From Candidatus Eiseniibacteriota bacterium (GTDB taxonomy: Bacteria; Eisenbacteria; RBG-16-71-46): a DNA stretch of 64,000 nucleotides. Positions 18,181 to 28,054 of the stretch are shown here, in pieces; within the stretch, counting starts at the first letter, position 1; each line of letters opens with the position of its first letter. A program made the position numbers and the translations under genes. A model generated the notes under the pieces. That model had not been told where the DNA came from, ran no database searches, and saw only the letters and a program-made list of their open reading frames with translations. The stretch spans positions 517,215-581,214 of the forward strand of contig CAVZLN010000006.1 in NCBI GenBank assembly GCA_963776245.1. The letters run 5' to 3'.

Positions 18181-18851
18181 GCGCCCTTCCGCGGGCGCAG
18201 CTCGACCATCACGCCCTCGATGCCCCGCCGGCCGGTGACGAAGGTGTGCCCCGCGACCTCGACCTCGTGGACGTCGTCGTGCGCGCGCACCGCCCGCACG
18301 CGCACCAGCGCCCCGGGGACCAGCCCGGCCTGCTTCCAGCGGGCCAGCCGGCCCGCGTCCGCGTCCACCATCTCGCGCACCGTGGCGCGCGCACCGGGCG
18401 CGAGGGCCACCAGCGGGCGCAGGACGCGCCGGCGGATGCGCCCCTGCCGATCGGGGATGAGGTGCCCGTGCGGGTCCTCGGCCGGGCGGCCTGCCAGCCG
18501 GTCGATGGCCTCGAGCACGCGCTCGCTCACGTGGTGCTCGAGCACCTCGGCGTCCGCGTGGACCTCGGACCAGTCGAGCCCGAGCACCCGCACGAGGAAC
18601 GTCTCGAGGATGCGGTGGCGCCGCACCATCTCGAGCGCGAGCCGCCGCCCGCGCGGGGTGAGCCCGGCGCCGGCGCGCATCTCGTGCGCCACCAGGTCCT
18701 CGCCCGCGAGCGCGCGCAGCATCGCGGTGACCGACGGCGGCGCGACGCCGAGGTGCGCGGCGAGCGCCGAGGTGGACACCGGCTCGCCGCCGGGGCCGAG
18801 CGCGTAGAGCGCCTTCAGGTAATCCTCGCGCGAGCGCGACAGCCGGACCAT
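18177..18851 (-). CDS. mntR: DtxR/MntR-family metal-dependent transcriptional repressor with C-terminal FeoA/SH3-like domain
   Basis: N-terminal wHTH (SREDYLKALYAL...STSALAAHLGVAPPSVTAMLRAL), a dimerisation/metal-site region, and a C-terminal SH3-like domain. 4-nt overlap with mntH. Confidence 0.8.
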   Translation of the reverse strand: MVRLSRSREDYLKALYALGPGGEPVSTSALAAHLGVAPPSVTAMLRALAGEDLVAHEMRAGAGLTPRGRRLALEMVRRHRILETFLVRVLGLDWSEVHADAEVLEHHVSERVLEAIDRLAGRPAEDPHGHLIPDRQGRIRRRVLRPLVALAPGARATVREMVDADAGRLARWKQAGLVPGALVRVRAVRAHDDVHEVEVAGHTFVTGRRGIEGVMVELRPRKGA

Positions 18852-18943
18852 GGCGGTGTTAGATACGCCTAATCGCGGCCTTCGTCAAGCCTAAGGCAGG
18901 GTCGGGGCATGCAAGGCCGCGGCGACTGGGGTAGTTTCCCCGC

Positions 18944-21592
18944 ATGTCGATCCCTTCCGGCACCCGTCTGGGCCCCCACGAGATCGTCGCTCCGCTCGGC
19001 GCGGGCGGCATGGGCGAGGTGTATCGCGCCCGCGACACGCGGCTGGGGCGCGACGTCGCGATCAAGGTCCTCCCCGATGAGCTGACCGCCAGCGAGGACC
19101 TGCGCCAGCGGTTCGAGCGCGAGGCCCGCACCATCTCCCGGCTCACGCACCCGCACATCTGCACGCTGTTCGACGTGGGCCGCGAGGGCGCCGTCGAGTA
19201 CCTGGTGATGGAGCTGCTCGAAGGGGAGACGCTGGCCGAGCGCCTGGCGAAGGGCCGGCTGCCGCTGGAACAGGTGCTGCGGTCCGGCGGCGAGATCGCG
19301 GCGGCGCTCGCGGCGGCGCACGCGCTGGGCATCGTGCATCGCGACCTCAAGCCGGCGAACATCATGCTCACCCGGTCGGGCATCAAGCTGCTGGATTTCG
19401 GACTGGCCAAGGTCTTCGCCCGGGCGCCGGAGGCCTCCACCGCGGCGACCGTGGCCGTCTCGGTCCGGATCACGGGCGAGGGCATGCGTCTGGGCACGGC
19501 GCCCTACATGGCCCCGGAACAGGCCGAGGGCAAGGTGGTGGACGCCCGGGCGGACGTCTTCGCGCTGGGCGCGGTGCTGTTCGAGATGGCGACCGGGGTC
19601 CGGGCCTTCGCCGGAACGAGCCAGGCGGCGGTGCTGTCGGCGGTCCTGAATCACGATCCACCGCCGGTCTCGGCGCTCCAGCCGGCCGCTCCCCCGTCGC
19701 TGGATCGCCTGGTGCGCCGGTGCCTCGCCAAGGATCCCGCGGCGCGCTGGAACTCGACCGCTGACCTCGAGCTCCAGCTGCGCGAGATCGCGGATGTCGT
19801 CGCCAGCGGGACCGCGGCCGTGCCGACGGCGCCGGCACGGAGGCTCCGGGTGTGGCTGCCCTGGGCGATCGCCGGTCTGGCGGTCGCGTCCGGCGCCGTC
19901 ACCCTCGGGCGCGGGCCCGCGCCCGCCGGACCGCCCGCGACGACGATACGCTTCGTCGTGCCGCCTCCCACCGGAGGGAAGTTCGCCTACTCCGCGGAGA
20001 GCCCGTTCCTCGCGGTCTCGCCCGACGGCTCGCAGCTCGCCTTCCTCGCCACCGATTCCACCGGGGTGCGCCGCGCGTGGTTGCGCCCCCTCGCGGCACT
20101 CGAAGCGCGACCGATGGCCGGCACGGAGAACGCCTCGTCGGTGTTCTGGTCTCCGGACGGCCGCTCGCTCGGCTTCTTCGCGGGCGGGAAGCTCGCACGA
20201 CTGGACCTCGCAGGCGGGGCAGCCACCCCGATCTGCGAAGTGCCCGCGGGCGGGGGCATGGCGGCCAGCTGGGGGCGCTCCGGGGACATCCTCTTCTCGT
20301 CCATGCTGGGTCGCGCCATCCACCGCGTGCCCGCGTCCGGCGGAGACCCCCGCGTGGAGGTGACCGCCGACAGCACCCTCGGGCAGTGGCGCGTGGAGTG
20401 GCCCTGGTTCCTGCCCGACGGGCGGCGGTTCCTCTACCTGCTCCACCGTGCGGACGATCAGGACTCGCTCATGTTCGTGGCCCCGGGAGAGCGCCCGCGC
20501 GCGGTGTGCGCGGCGAGCTCCAATGCCGCGTTCACGGAGCCCGACCTGCTCACCTTCGTGCAGGAAGGGACGCTGCTCGGGAGGCGGTTCGACTGGCGCG
20601 GCGGCCGCGTCAGCGGCGGACCGTTTCCGATCGCCGATCCGGTCCGCTTCTTCATCTCCACCGGCGGCGCCGCGTACGCCGCGTCCGCGGGAGGGACGCT
20701 GGTCTATCAGTCCTCCGACGATGTCTCGCGGCTGGTCTGGATCGACCGGGGCGGACGCGAGCTCGGCTCGCTCGGCCCGCCGGGGGACTACCTCGATCTC
20801 TCGCTCTCGCCCGATCGGCAACGGCTGCTCTGCGCCCGCACCCAGCCGAAGATCGGCTCGTACGACGTCTGGTCGCTCGACCTCGCGCGCGGGACGGAGA
20901 CCCGACTCACCTCGAGCCCGCACAGCGAATTCGACGCGCGACTGCTGCCCGGCGGCCGGAGCATCGCGTATTCCGCCGCAGTCGGGCAGCTGCCGCTCCT
21001 GTATCGGCTCGATCTCGAGACCGGGGAGTCGCAGCCCATGCTCCCGGCCAGCGGGTTCCAGTCGGCCGAGGACATATCGCCGGACGGCAAGACCCTCGCC
21101 TATGTCGAGCGCACCGTGGGTGGCGCTCAGCGCGCGTGGGCCCTGCCCCTCGACGGCAAGGGAAGGCCCGCACCGCTCCTGCCAGCGGATCTGCGCGCCG
21201 GCTCGGTGCGGTTCTCACCCGACGGTCGCTATCTCGCGTTCCTCTCGGACGAGTCCGGTCAATGGGAGGCGTACGTCGCGCCCTATCCGGGCCCCGGGGA
21301 GATGACCCGCGTCTCGCGCGATGGCGCGCTGGAGCTGCGGTGGCCCAGCCACGGCGGCGAGATCCTCTACCTCTCGCGCGATCGCAAGCTGGTCTCGGTC
21401 CCGGTCCGCACCTTGCCGGCGCTCTCATTGGGAACGTCCAAGCCGCTGTTCACGCTGGCGGGCGAGGGCACCTGGAACGGATTCGATGTCACGCCGGACG
21501 GCCAGCGCATCCTCGCGATCGTGCCGCAGGTGGTGGCGGACCGGCTGCCGATCACGGTGATCGCGAACTGGCCGCAGGGGACGGCGAGGTAG
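18944..21592 (+). CDS. Ser/Thr protein kinase with TM segment and C-terminal TolB-like β-propeller
   Basis: Kinase motifs GAGGMGEVY, VAIK, HRDLKPANIML, DFGLA, APE. A TM helix near residue 300 is followed by repeated SPDG...LAF propeller blades. Confidence 0.85.
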   Translation: MSIPSGTRLGPHEIVAPLGAGGMGEVYRARDTRLGRDVAIKVLPDELTASEDLRQRFEREARTISRLTHPHICTLFDVGREGAVEYLVMELLEGETLAERLAKGRLPLEQVLRSGGEIAAALAAAHALGIVHRDLKPANIMLTRSGIKLLDFGLAKVFARAPEASTAATVAVSVRITGEGMRLGTAPYMAPEQAEGKVVDARADVFALGAVLFEMATGVRAFAGTSQAAVLSAVLNHDPPPVSALQPAAPPSLDRLVRRCLAKDPAARWNSTADLELQLREIADVVASGTAAVPTAPARRLRVWLPWAIAGLAVASGAVTLGRGPAPAGPPATTIRFVVPPPTGGKFAYSAESPFLAVSPDGSQLAFLATDSTGVRRAWLRPLAALEARPMAGTENASSVFWSPDGRSLGFFAGGKLARLDLAGGAATPICEVPAGGGMAASWGRSGDILFSSMLGRAIHRVPASGGDPRVEVTADSTLGQWRVEWPWFLPDGRRFLYLLHRADDQDSLMFVAPGERPRAVCAASSNAAFTEPDLLTFVQEGTLLGRRFDWRGGRVSGGPFPIADPVRFFISTGGAAYAASAGGTLVYQSSDDVSRLVWIDRGGRELGSLGPPGDYLDLSLSPDRQRLLCARTQPKIGSYDVWSLDLARGTETRLTSSPHSEFDARLLPGGRSIAYSAAVGQLPLLYRLDLETGESQPMLPASGFQSAEDISPDGKTLAYVERTVGGAQRAWALPLDGKGRPAPLLPADLRAGSVRFSPDGRYLAFLSDESGQWEAYVAPYPGPGEMTRVSRDGALELRWPSHGGEILYLSRDRKLVSVPVRTLPALSLGTSKPLFTLAGEGTWNGFDVTPDGQRILAIVPQVVADRLPITVIANWPQGTAR

Positions 21593-21724
21593 GCGAGCGG
21601 GATCGGCACGACAGCGGTCCCGGCCGAGCGCGGATGCGATGAAGCGCGAGACGACACATTCGATTGCCGCCCTCCGGACCCTGCGCTAGTCTCCCGGCTC
21701 CCCGCTCCACACTGGAGAACGCTG

Positions 21725-22699
21725 ATGCCCCAGATGACCATGGTCCAGGCCATCCAGGACGCGCTGCGCATCGCGCTGCGCGAGGACCCGCGCGTCGTGG
21801 TGCTCGGCGAGGATGTCGGGCGCAACGGCGGCGTGTTCCGGGTCACCGAGGGGCTGCAGGCCGAGTTCGGCGAGGCGCGCGTGGCCGACACGCCGCTGGC
21901 CGAGAACGGCATCGTCGGATGCGCCATCGGCATGGCGATCGGCGGGCTCAAGCCGATCGCCGAGATCCAGTTCGTGGACTTCATCTACCCGGCGTTCGAC
22001 CAGATCGTCTCCGAGCTCGCCAAGCTGCGCTGGAGATCGGCGGGGCAGTACAGCGCCCCGGTCATCGTGCGCTCACCCTATGGCGGCGGCATCAAGGGCG
22101 GGCTCTATCACTCGCAGAGCCCCGAAGCGTACTTCTGCCACACGCCCGGGCTCACGGTGGTGATCCCCTCCACCCCGCACGACGCCAAAGGGCTGCTGCT
22201 CGCCGCGCTGGCAGGCGACGACCCGGTCATCTTCCTCGAGCCGAAGCGCCTCTATCGCACCACCAAAGAGGACGTGCCGGAGGGCCGTTTCACCGTGCCG
22301 CTCTCGAGCGCGCGCGTCGCACGTGCGGGCGAGCACGTCACCGTGCTCAGCTATGGCGCGATGATCCCGGTGGCGCTCGAGGCGGCCGAGCAGGCCGCCG
22401 GGCGCGGCTGGTCGGTGGAGGTCCTCGACCTGCGCACCCTGGTGCCGCTCGACGCCGAGGCGGTGTTGGAGAGCACGCGCAAGACCGGGCGCGTGGTCGT
22501 GCTTCACGAGGCGCCGCGCACCTGCGGCTACGGCGCCGAGCTGGTCGCGCTGGTGGCCGAGAAGGCGCTCACCTCGCTGCTCGCTCCGGTGGTGCGCGTG
22601 ACCGGATACGACACTCCGTTCCCGTATACGCTCGAGCACACCTACCTGCCCGATGCCCCGCGCGTGATGCGGGCGATCGAGCACGTCATGTCCTACTGA
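21725..22699 (+). CDS. 2-oxoacid dehydrogenase E1 component β subunit (BCKDH/PDH/acetoin-DH type)
   Basis: Transketolase-like pyrimidine-binding and C-terminal domains (TMVQAIQDAL...VVLGEDVG...GLKPIAEIQF...). Confidence 0.9.
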   Translation: MPQMTMVQAIQDALRIALREDPRVVVLGEDVGRNGGVFRVTEGLQAEFGEARVADTPLAENGIVGCAIGMAIGGLKPIAEIQFVDFIYPAFDQIVSELAKLRWRSAGQYSAPVIVRSPYGGGIKGGLYHSQSPEAYFCHTPGLTVVIPSTPHDAKGLLLAALAGDDPVIFLEPKRLYRTTKEDVPEGRFTVPLSSARVARAGEHVTVLSYGAMIPVALEAAEQAAGRGWSVEVLDLRTLVPLDAEAVLESTRKTGRVVVLHEAPRTCGYGAELVALVAEKALTSLLAPVVRVTGYDTPFPYTLEHTYLPDAPRVMRAIEHVMSY

Positions 22700-22708
22700 G
22701 GCCCCGCC

Positions 22709-23011
22709 ATGCTGCTCATCCTCTGGGAGTACACCGCCCGACCCGACCGCACCGAGGAGTTCGAGGCCCTGTACCGCCCCGACGGTCCGTGGACCGGGCT
22801 GTTCCGCGGCGCGCCGGGATTCCTGAGCACCACACTGTGGAAGGACCTGCGGCAGCCTCAGCGCTACGTCGTGGCGGACCGCTGGACCAGCGTCGTGCTC
22901 TACGAGGAGTTCAAGCACGCCCATGCCGCGCCGTACGCCGCGCTCGCCGAGCGGGGCGCGCGCACGATCATCCGCGAGACCGAGCTCGGGCGCTTCGGCG
23001 CCATGGATTGA
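22709..23011 (+). CDS. Small ABM/Dabb-like (antibiotic-biosynthesis-monooxygenase fold) protein
   Basis: 100-aa ORF inserted between E1β and E2; the size and ferredoxin-like fold pattern fit ABM. Weak. Confidence 0.4.
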   Translation: MLLILWEYTARPDRTEEFEALYRPDGPWTGLFRGAPGFLSTTLWKDLRQPQRYVVADRWTSVVLYEEFKHAHAAPYAALAERGARTIIRETELGRFGAMD

Positions 23012-23024
23012 ACGCGAGGGACCG

Positions 23025-24314
23025 ATGGCCTTCGAAGTGAGACTGCCGGACATCGGCGAGGGCATCGCCGAAGGTGAGGTGGTGCGCTGGCTGGTGAAGG
23101 CCGGGGACGCGGTGCGCGAGGACCAGCCGCTGGTCGAGGTGATGACCGACAAGGCGAGCGTCGAGATCCCCTCGCCCCGCACCGGCACCATCGAGGCGCT
23201 CCACGCGGAGGAGGGCGCCATGGTGCCGGTCGGCAGCCTGCTGCTGACCATCGCGGTGGCGGGCGCGACCGCGGCCGCGGCCGCGGCTCCCGCGCATGCT
23301 CCCGCGTCGCCGGGCGCGGCGGTCTCCCCGGGCGGCGCGCCCGCGGCGCCTGCGGGAGCGCGCGCGCAGGCGAGCCCGGCGGTGCGCCAGCTCGCGAAGA
23401 CCCTCGGCGTGGACCTCGCGGGCCTCGCGGGCGGCGGGCCCGGCGGGGCCATCACCGCCGACGACGTGCGGCGCGCCGCGACGGGCGCCGCGGGCGTGGG
23501 CGTGGGCGCGGCCGCGGCCGGTGCCACGCCCGCGCCAGGTCGCGCGGGGCCGGGGTCCGCGGCGCCCGCGCCCGGGGGCCCCGCGCCCGCTCCGAAGCCC
23601 GACGAGCCCGAGGAGCGCGTGCCGCTGCGCGGCCTGCGCCGGCGCATCGCCGAGCACATGCGCCATTCCCTCGACCTGGCGGCCCACTTCACGTTCGTCG
23701 CCGAGGCCGACTTCACCGCGCTGGTGCTCCACCGCGAGTCCATGCGCGCGCGCGCGGCGGCCGCGGGCGCCCGGCTCACCTACCTCGCGTACGTGTTCCG
23801 CGCGCTGCCCGGCGTGCTCGCGCGCTTCCCGCAGCTGAACGCCAGCCTCGACGACGCGCGCGGGGAGGTCGTGCTCAAGCGCTACGTGCATCTCGGGCTC
23901 GCCTCCATGACCGGCGACGGGCTCACCGTGCCGGTGGTGCGCCACGCCGACCGGCTCGGGCTGTTCGCGATGGCGCGCGAGATCGAGCGCCTGGCGGGCG
24001 CGGCGCGCGCCGGCACGCTCAAGCTCGAGGAGCTCCAGGGCGGCACGTTCACCGTCACCAGCACCGGCGCGCACGGCGGCGTGCTCGCCACTCCCATCCT
24101 CCACCACCCGCAGGTCGGCATCCTCGGGGTGCACGAGGTGAAGCCGAGGCCCTCCGTGGTGGACGGCGCGATCGTCGCCCGCGATCTCACGAATCTCTCG
24201 CTCACCCTCGATCACCGCGTGGTGGATGGCGCGGTGGGCGCGGATTTCCTCTACGCCCTGATCGAGACCCTCGAGCGCCCGCAGGACTGGCTCGCGGACG
24301 CCGACCTGGCCTGA
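23025..24314 (+). CDS. Dihydrolipoamide acyltransferase (E2) of a 2-oxoacid dehydrogenase complex
   Basis: Lipoyl domain (VMTDKASVEIPSP), an Ala/Pro linker, an E3-binding region, and a catalytic domain with DHRVVDGA. Start taken at MAFEVRLP. Confidence 0.9.
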   Translation: MAFEVRLPDIGEGIAEGEVVRWLVKAGDAVREDQPLVEVMTDKASVEIPSPRTGTIEALHAEEGAMVPVGSLLLTIAVAGATAAAAAAPAHAPASPGAAVSPGGAPAAPAGARAQASPAVRQLAKTLGVDLAGLAGGGPGGAITADDVRRAATGAAGVGVGAAAAGATPAPGRAGPGSAAPAPGGPAPAPKPDEPEERVPLRGLRRRIAEHMRHSLDLAAHFTFVAEADFTALVLHRESMRARAAAAGARLTYLAYVFRALPGVLARFPQLNASLDDARGEVVLKRYVHLGLASMTGDGLTVPVVRHADRLGLFAMAREIERLAGAARAGTLKLEELQGGTFTVTSTGAHGGVLATPILHHPQVGILGVHEVKPRPSVVDGAIVARDLTNLSLTLDHRVVDGAVGADFLYALIETLERPQDWLADADLA

Positions 24315-24327
24315 AAGGGACCCCGAC

Positions 24328-26460
24328 ATGAGAATCCCGAAGCGTTCGCTGCTCGCCATCGCGCTGCTCGCCGCGATCTGCACCCGCGCGCTCGCCGCTC
24401 CCCCGCCGACGCGGGTCGAGGTGGTGCGCGACACGCTGCATGGCGTGGTGGTCGAGGATCCCTACCGCTGGCTCGAGAGCAAGGACGCCCCCGAGACGCG
24501 GGCCTGGATCGACGAGCAGATCCGCTACACCCAGTCGGTGCTCGCCGGCTACCCCGGGCGGGTGCGGATCGTGTCGCGCCTCGAGCAGTTGCTCAAGGTG
24601 GACGTGATGGGCATCCCGATCGAGCGCGGCGGCCGCTACTTCTTCTCCAAGCGCCTGAGCGGACAGGAACAGCGCGTGCTCTACGTGCGCCGGGGGATCG
24701 GCGGCAAGGACGAGGTGCTGCTCGACCCGCATCCGCTCAGCCCCGACCACACCACCTCGGTCTCCTACACCGACATCTCGCTCGACGGCACGCTGGTCGC
24801 CATCGCCAAGCGGCAGGGCGGGAAGGACGAGGTCGAGGTCTCCTTCCTCGACGTGAACACGCGCCAGCCGCTGGCCGACCGGCTGCCGGTCGCGCGCTAT
24901 TTCGGGATCGCGATCAAGGCCGACCGCAGCGGGGTGTACTACTCGAAGTCGCTGCCCGAGGGCTCGCGCGTGTACTACCACCCGATGGGCGGCGACCCGG
25001 CGCAGGACACGCAGGTGTTCGGCGCGGGCTACGGCCCCGAGAAGATCATCGACGCCACGCTCAGCGAGGACGGGCGCTGGCTGGTGCTCACGGTGTACTA
25101 CGGTTCGGCGTCGCAGCGCAGCGAACTGTGGGTCCAGGACGTCGAGCACGGCGGTGCGCTGTTCGCGGTCGCGAAGGACATCGACGGCTTCTTCACCGGC
25201 ACCGTGGTCGGCGACCTGCTCTACATGCAGACCAACTGGCAGGCGCCCCGCGGCCGCATCCTGCGGGTCGACCTGGGCGCCCCGGCGCAGGACAAGTGGC
25301 GCGAGATCGTGCCGCAGGGCGAGCACGTGCTCGAGAGCTTCTCGCTGGCCGGCGGACGGGTGTTCGCGAACTACCTCGAGAACGTGGTGTCGAAGGTGCG
25401 GGTGTTCGGCCCCGAGGGCCGGCCGATGGGCGAGATCGCCTTCCCCACGCTCGGCACCGTGGGCGGGATGAACGGACGCTGGGCCAGCAACGAGGCGTTC
25501 TTCACGTTCTCGTCGTTCACCGTGCCTTCCACCATCTTCCGCTACGACGTGACGAGCGGCGTGCGCACCGAGTGGTGGCGCTCGCAGGCGCCGGTGGCCA
25601 GCGACCGCTTCGAGACCCGGCAGGTTTGGTACACCTCGAAGGACGGCACCAAGGTCCCGATGTTCCTGGTGCACCGCAAGGGGCTCGAGTTCGACGGCAA
25701 GCGCCCGGTGCTGCTCACCGGTTACGGCGGCTTCACCGTGAGCGAGACCCCGAACTTCTCGTCCGACGCCACCATCTGGGCCGAGAACGGCGGCGTGTAC
25801 GCCTTGCCGAACCTGCGCGGGGGCTCGGAGTTCGGCGAGGCCTGGCATCGCGCCGGGATGCTCGAGCAGAAACAGCACACCTTCGACGATTTCATCGCCG
25901 CGGCCGAATGGCTGGTCGCGAACCGCGTCACCAACCCCGACCGGCTCGCCATCCTCGGCGGCAGCAACGGCGGGCTGCTGGTGGGGGCGTTCATGACCCA
26001 GCGCCCCGAGCTGTGCCGCGCGGTGCTGTGCGCCGTGCCCCTGCTCGACATGCTGCGCTACCACCGCTTCCTGGTGGCGCGCTTCTGGGTGCCCGAGTAC
26101 GGCTCGTCCGAGGATGCGGCGCAGTTCCCGGCGCTCCAGGCGTACTCGCCCTACCAGCACGTGGTGAAGGGCACCGCGTATCCCTCGGTCATGTTCGTGA
26201 CCGGGGACTCCGATACCCGCGTCGACCCGCTGCACGCGCGCAAGATGACCGCGCTCCTGCAGGCCTCGACCGGCTCCGATCCGCTGAAGCGCCCGGTGCT
26301 GCTCCACTACGACACCAAGTCGGGCCATGCGGGCGGCAAGCCGGTGAGCCAGCAGATCGAGGACGACGCCGACGAACTGCTGTTCCTGTTCACCCAGCTC
26401 GGCATGAACGTGCCGAGCGGCGGGCCGATCGACTCCCCGGTGGGGGGAACGAACCGCTGA
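24328..26460 (+). CDS. Prolyl oligopeptidase (S9A family), secreted
   Basis: Signal peptide, a β-propeller N-terminal domain, and a C-terminal α/β hydrolase domain with GGSNGGLL (GxSxG) and the catalytic Asp/His region. Confidence 0.85.
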   Translation: MRIPKRSLLAIALLAAICTRALAAPPPTRVEVVRDTLHGVVVEDPYRWLESKDAPETRAWIDEQIRYTQSVLAGYPGRVRIVSRLEQLLKVDVMGIPIERGGRYFFSKRLSGQEQRVLYVRRGIGGKDEVLLDPHPLSPDHTTSVSYTDISLDGTLVAIAKRQGGKDEVEVSFLDVNTRQPLADRLPVARYFGIAIKADRSGVYYSKSLPEGSRVYYHPMGGDPAQDTQVFGAGYGPEKIIDATLSEDGRWLVLTVYYGSASQRSELWVQDVEHGGALFAVAKDIDGFFTGTVVGDLLYMQTNWQAPRGRILRVDLGAPAQDKWREIVPQGEHVLESFSLAGGRVFANYLENVVSKVRVFGPEGRPMGEIAFPTLGTVGGMNGRWASNEAFFTFSSFTVPSTIFRYDVTSGVRTEWWRSQAPVASDRFETRQVWYTSKDGTKVPMFLVHRKGLEFDGKRPVLLTGYGGFTVSETPNFSSDATIWAENGGVYALPNLRGGSEFGEAWHRAGMLEQKQHTFDDFIAAAEWLVANRVTNPDRLAILGGSNGGLLVGAFMTQRPELCRAVLCAVPLLDMLRYHRFLVARFWVPEYGSSEDAAQFPALQAYSPYQHVVKGTAYPSVMFVTGDSDTRVDPLHARKMTALLQASTGSDPLKRPVLLHYDTKSGHAGGKPVSQQIEDDADELLFLFTQLGMNVPSGGPIDSPVGGTNR

Positions 26461-26570
26461 CCCTCCGGGGGCCGCGGCCACCGGCCGCGGCCCCCGACAC
26501 CTTCTCCCGGGCCCTCGAGGTTCGCGCGTCGCGAGCCTGCGGGGCCCGGATCGACCGGGGACGCGCACCC

Positions 26571-27674
26571 ATGAGCGAGACGCCCTTCCAGATCCTCGAC
26601 CCCGACGGCCACGCCACCGGGCCGGTGCCCGAGATCGCGGCCGACGACCTGCGAAGGCTGCACCGGCACATGTTCAAGATGCGGCTGCTCGACCAGCGCA
26701 TGCTGTCGCTGCAGCGCCAGGGCCGCATCGGGTTCTACGGCATGACCACCGGCCAGGAGGCCTCGGTCACCGGCTCGGCGTTCGCGCTGCGGGCGACCGA
26801 CTGGGTCTTCCACGCGTTGCGCGAGACCGGCGTGTGCCTGTGGCGCGGCACCACGGTCAAGCGAGCTGGTCTGCCAGCTGATCGGCAACTCCGGCGACGT
26901 GCTGCTCGGGCGCCAGATGCCGATGCACTTCAGCGACCGCGCGGTCCGCTCGGTGGCCTGGTCGAGCGTGATCGGCACCCAGCTCCCGCACGCCGTGGGC
27001 GCGGCCTACGCGGCCAAGCTGCAGCAGCGCGACGAGGTGTGCGTGGGCTACATCGGCGACGGCGGCACCTCGATCGGCGACTTCCACGCCGCGATGAACT
27101 TCGCTGCGGTGTGGCAGGTGCCGTGCGTGTTCTTCTGCCAGAACAACCAGTGGGCGATCTCGGTGCCGCTCGCGACGCAGACGCGCTCGAGCAGCATCGC
27201 CATCAAGGCGGTCGCCTACGGCATGCCCGGCGTGCGCGTGGACGGCAACGACCTGCTCGCGGTCATCACCGTGATGCGCGAGGCGGTGGAGCGCGCGCGC
27301 TCCGGCGGCGGGCCCCACGCTGGTCGAGTCCGTCACCTTCCGCATGGGCGGGCACTCCTCGAGCGACGACCCGACGCGCTACCGCGACCCGGAGCTCGTG
27401 AAGGAGTGGGAGAGCGCGCGACCCGGTGCGGCGGTTCGAGGTCTACCTGCGCGGCCTGGGACTGCTGGCCGACGCCGACCTCGAGCGCTGGACCGCCGAG
27501 ATCAACGACGAGATCTCGGCCGCCATCACCGAGGCCGAGGCGCTCGGGCCCCCGCCGATCGAGAGCCTGTTCGCCGACGTCTACCGCGACCTGCCCCCGC
27601 ACCTCGAGGAGCAGCGGCGCTACGCGGTGGCGATGGGCGAGGGCCGGCCGGTCGGCGGGGCCTTCCCGCTGTGA
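26571..27674 (+). pseudogene. 2-oxoacid dehydrogenase E1 α subunit (TPP-binding), interrupted by three frameshifts
   Basis: E1α sequence is spread over three reading frames: MSETPFQ...LWRG | SELVCQLIGNSGDVLLGRQMPMHFS...GDGGTS...ERARSGGGP | TLVESVTFRMGGHSSSDDPTRYRDPELVKEWESA | DPVRRFEVYL...RRYAV. Shifts occur at about 26860, 27315 and 27418, the last in a (GC)n tract. Confidence 0.7.
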
Positions 27675-28045
27675 GGGACCTCGCGCTGGTGGCGCTCGGC
27701 GGCGCGATCGGCAGCGTGCTGCGCTGGGCGCTCTCGGGCGCGGTGCAGCGCTGGAGCGGCGCGGCGTTCCCGTGGGGCACGTTCGCGGTGAACGCCGCGG
27801 GCTCGCTGGCGATCGGGTTCGTCGCGGCGCTCGCGCTCGAACGCGCGCTGGTCCCGCCGTCCGCGCGGGTGTTCGTGATCACCGGCGTGCTGGGCGGCTT
27901 CACCACCTTCTCCGCGCTCTCGTACGAGACGCTCGCGCTGCTGCGCGACGGGCAGTGGACCGCGGCGTGCGGATACGCCGGCGGCTCGCTGGTGACCGGG
28001 GTGACCGCGGCCTACGCGGGCTACGCGCTCGGGATGCGCACCTAG
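27671..28045 (+). CDS. crcB: Fluoride ion channel CrcB/FluC
   Basis: 124 aa with four TMs and a GGFTTFS motif. The GTG start overlaps the E1α stop (GTGA). Confidence 0.8.
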   Translation: MRDLALVALGGAIGSVLRWALSGAVQRWSGAAFPWGTFAVNAAGSLAIGFVAALALERALVPPSARVFVITGVLGGFTTFSALSYETLALLRDGQWTAACGYAGGSLVTGVTAAYAGYALGMRT

Positions 28046-28054
28046 GGAGCGACC

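Noticed and set aside
26571-27674. Fluoride riboswitch upstream of crcB
   Set aside because: crcB overlaps the preceding coding sequence, which leaves no non-coding leader. No crcB-motif-like sequence was recognised.
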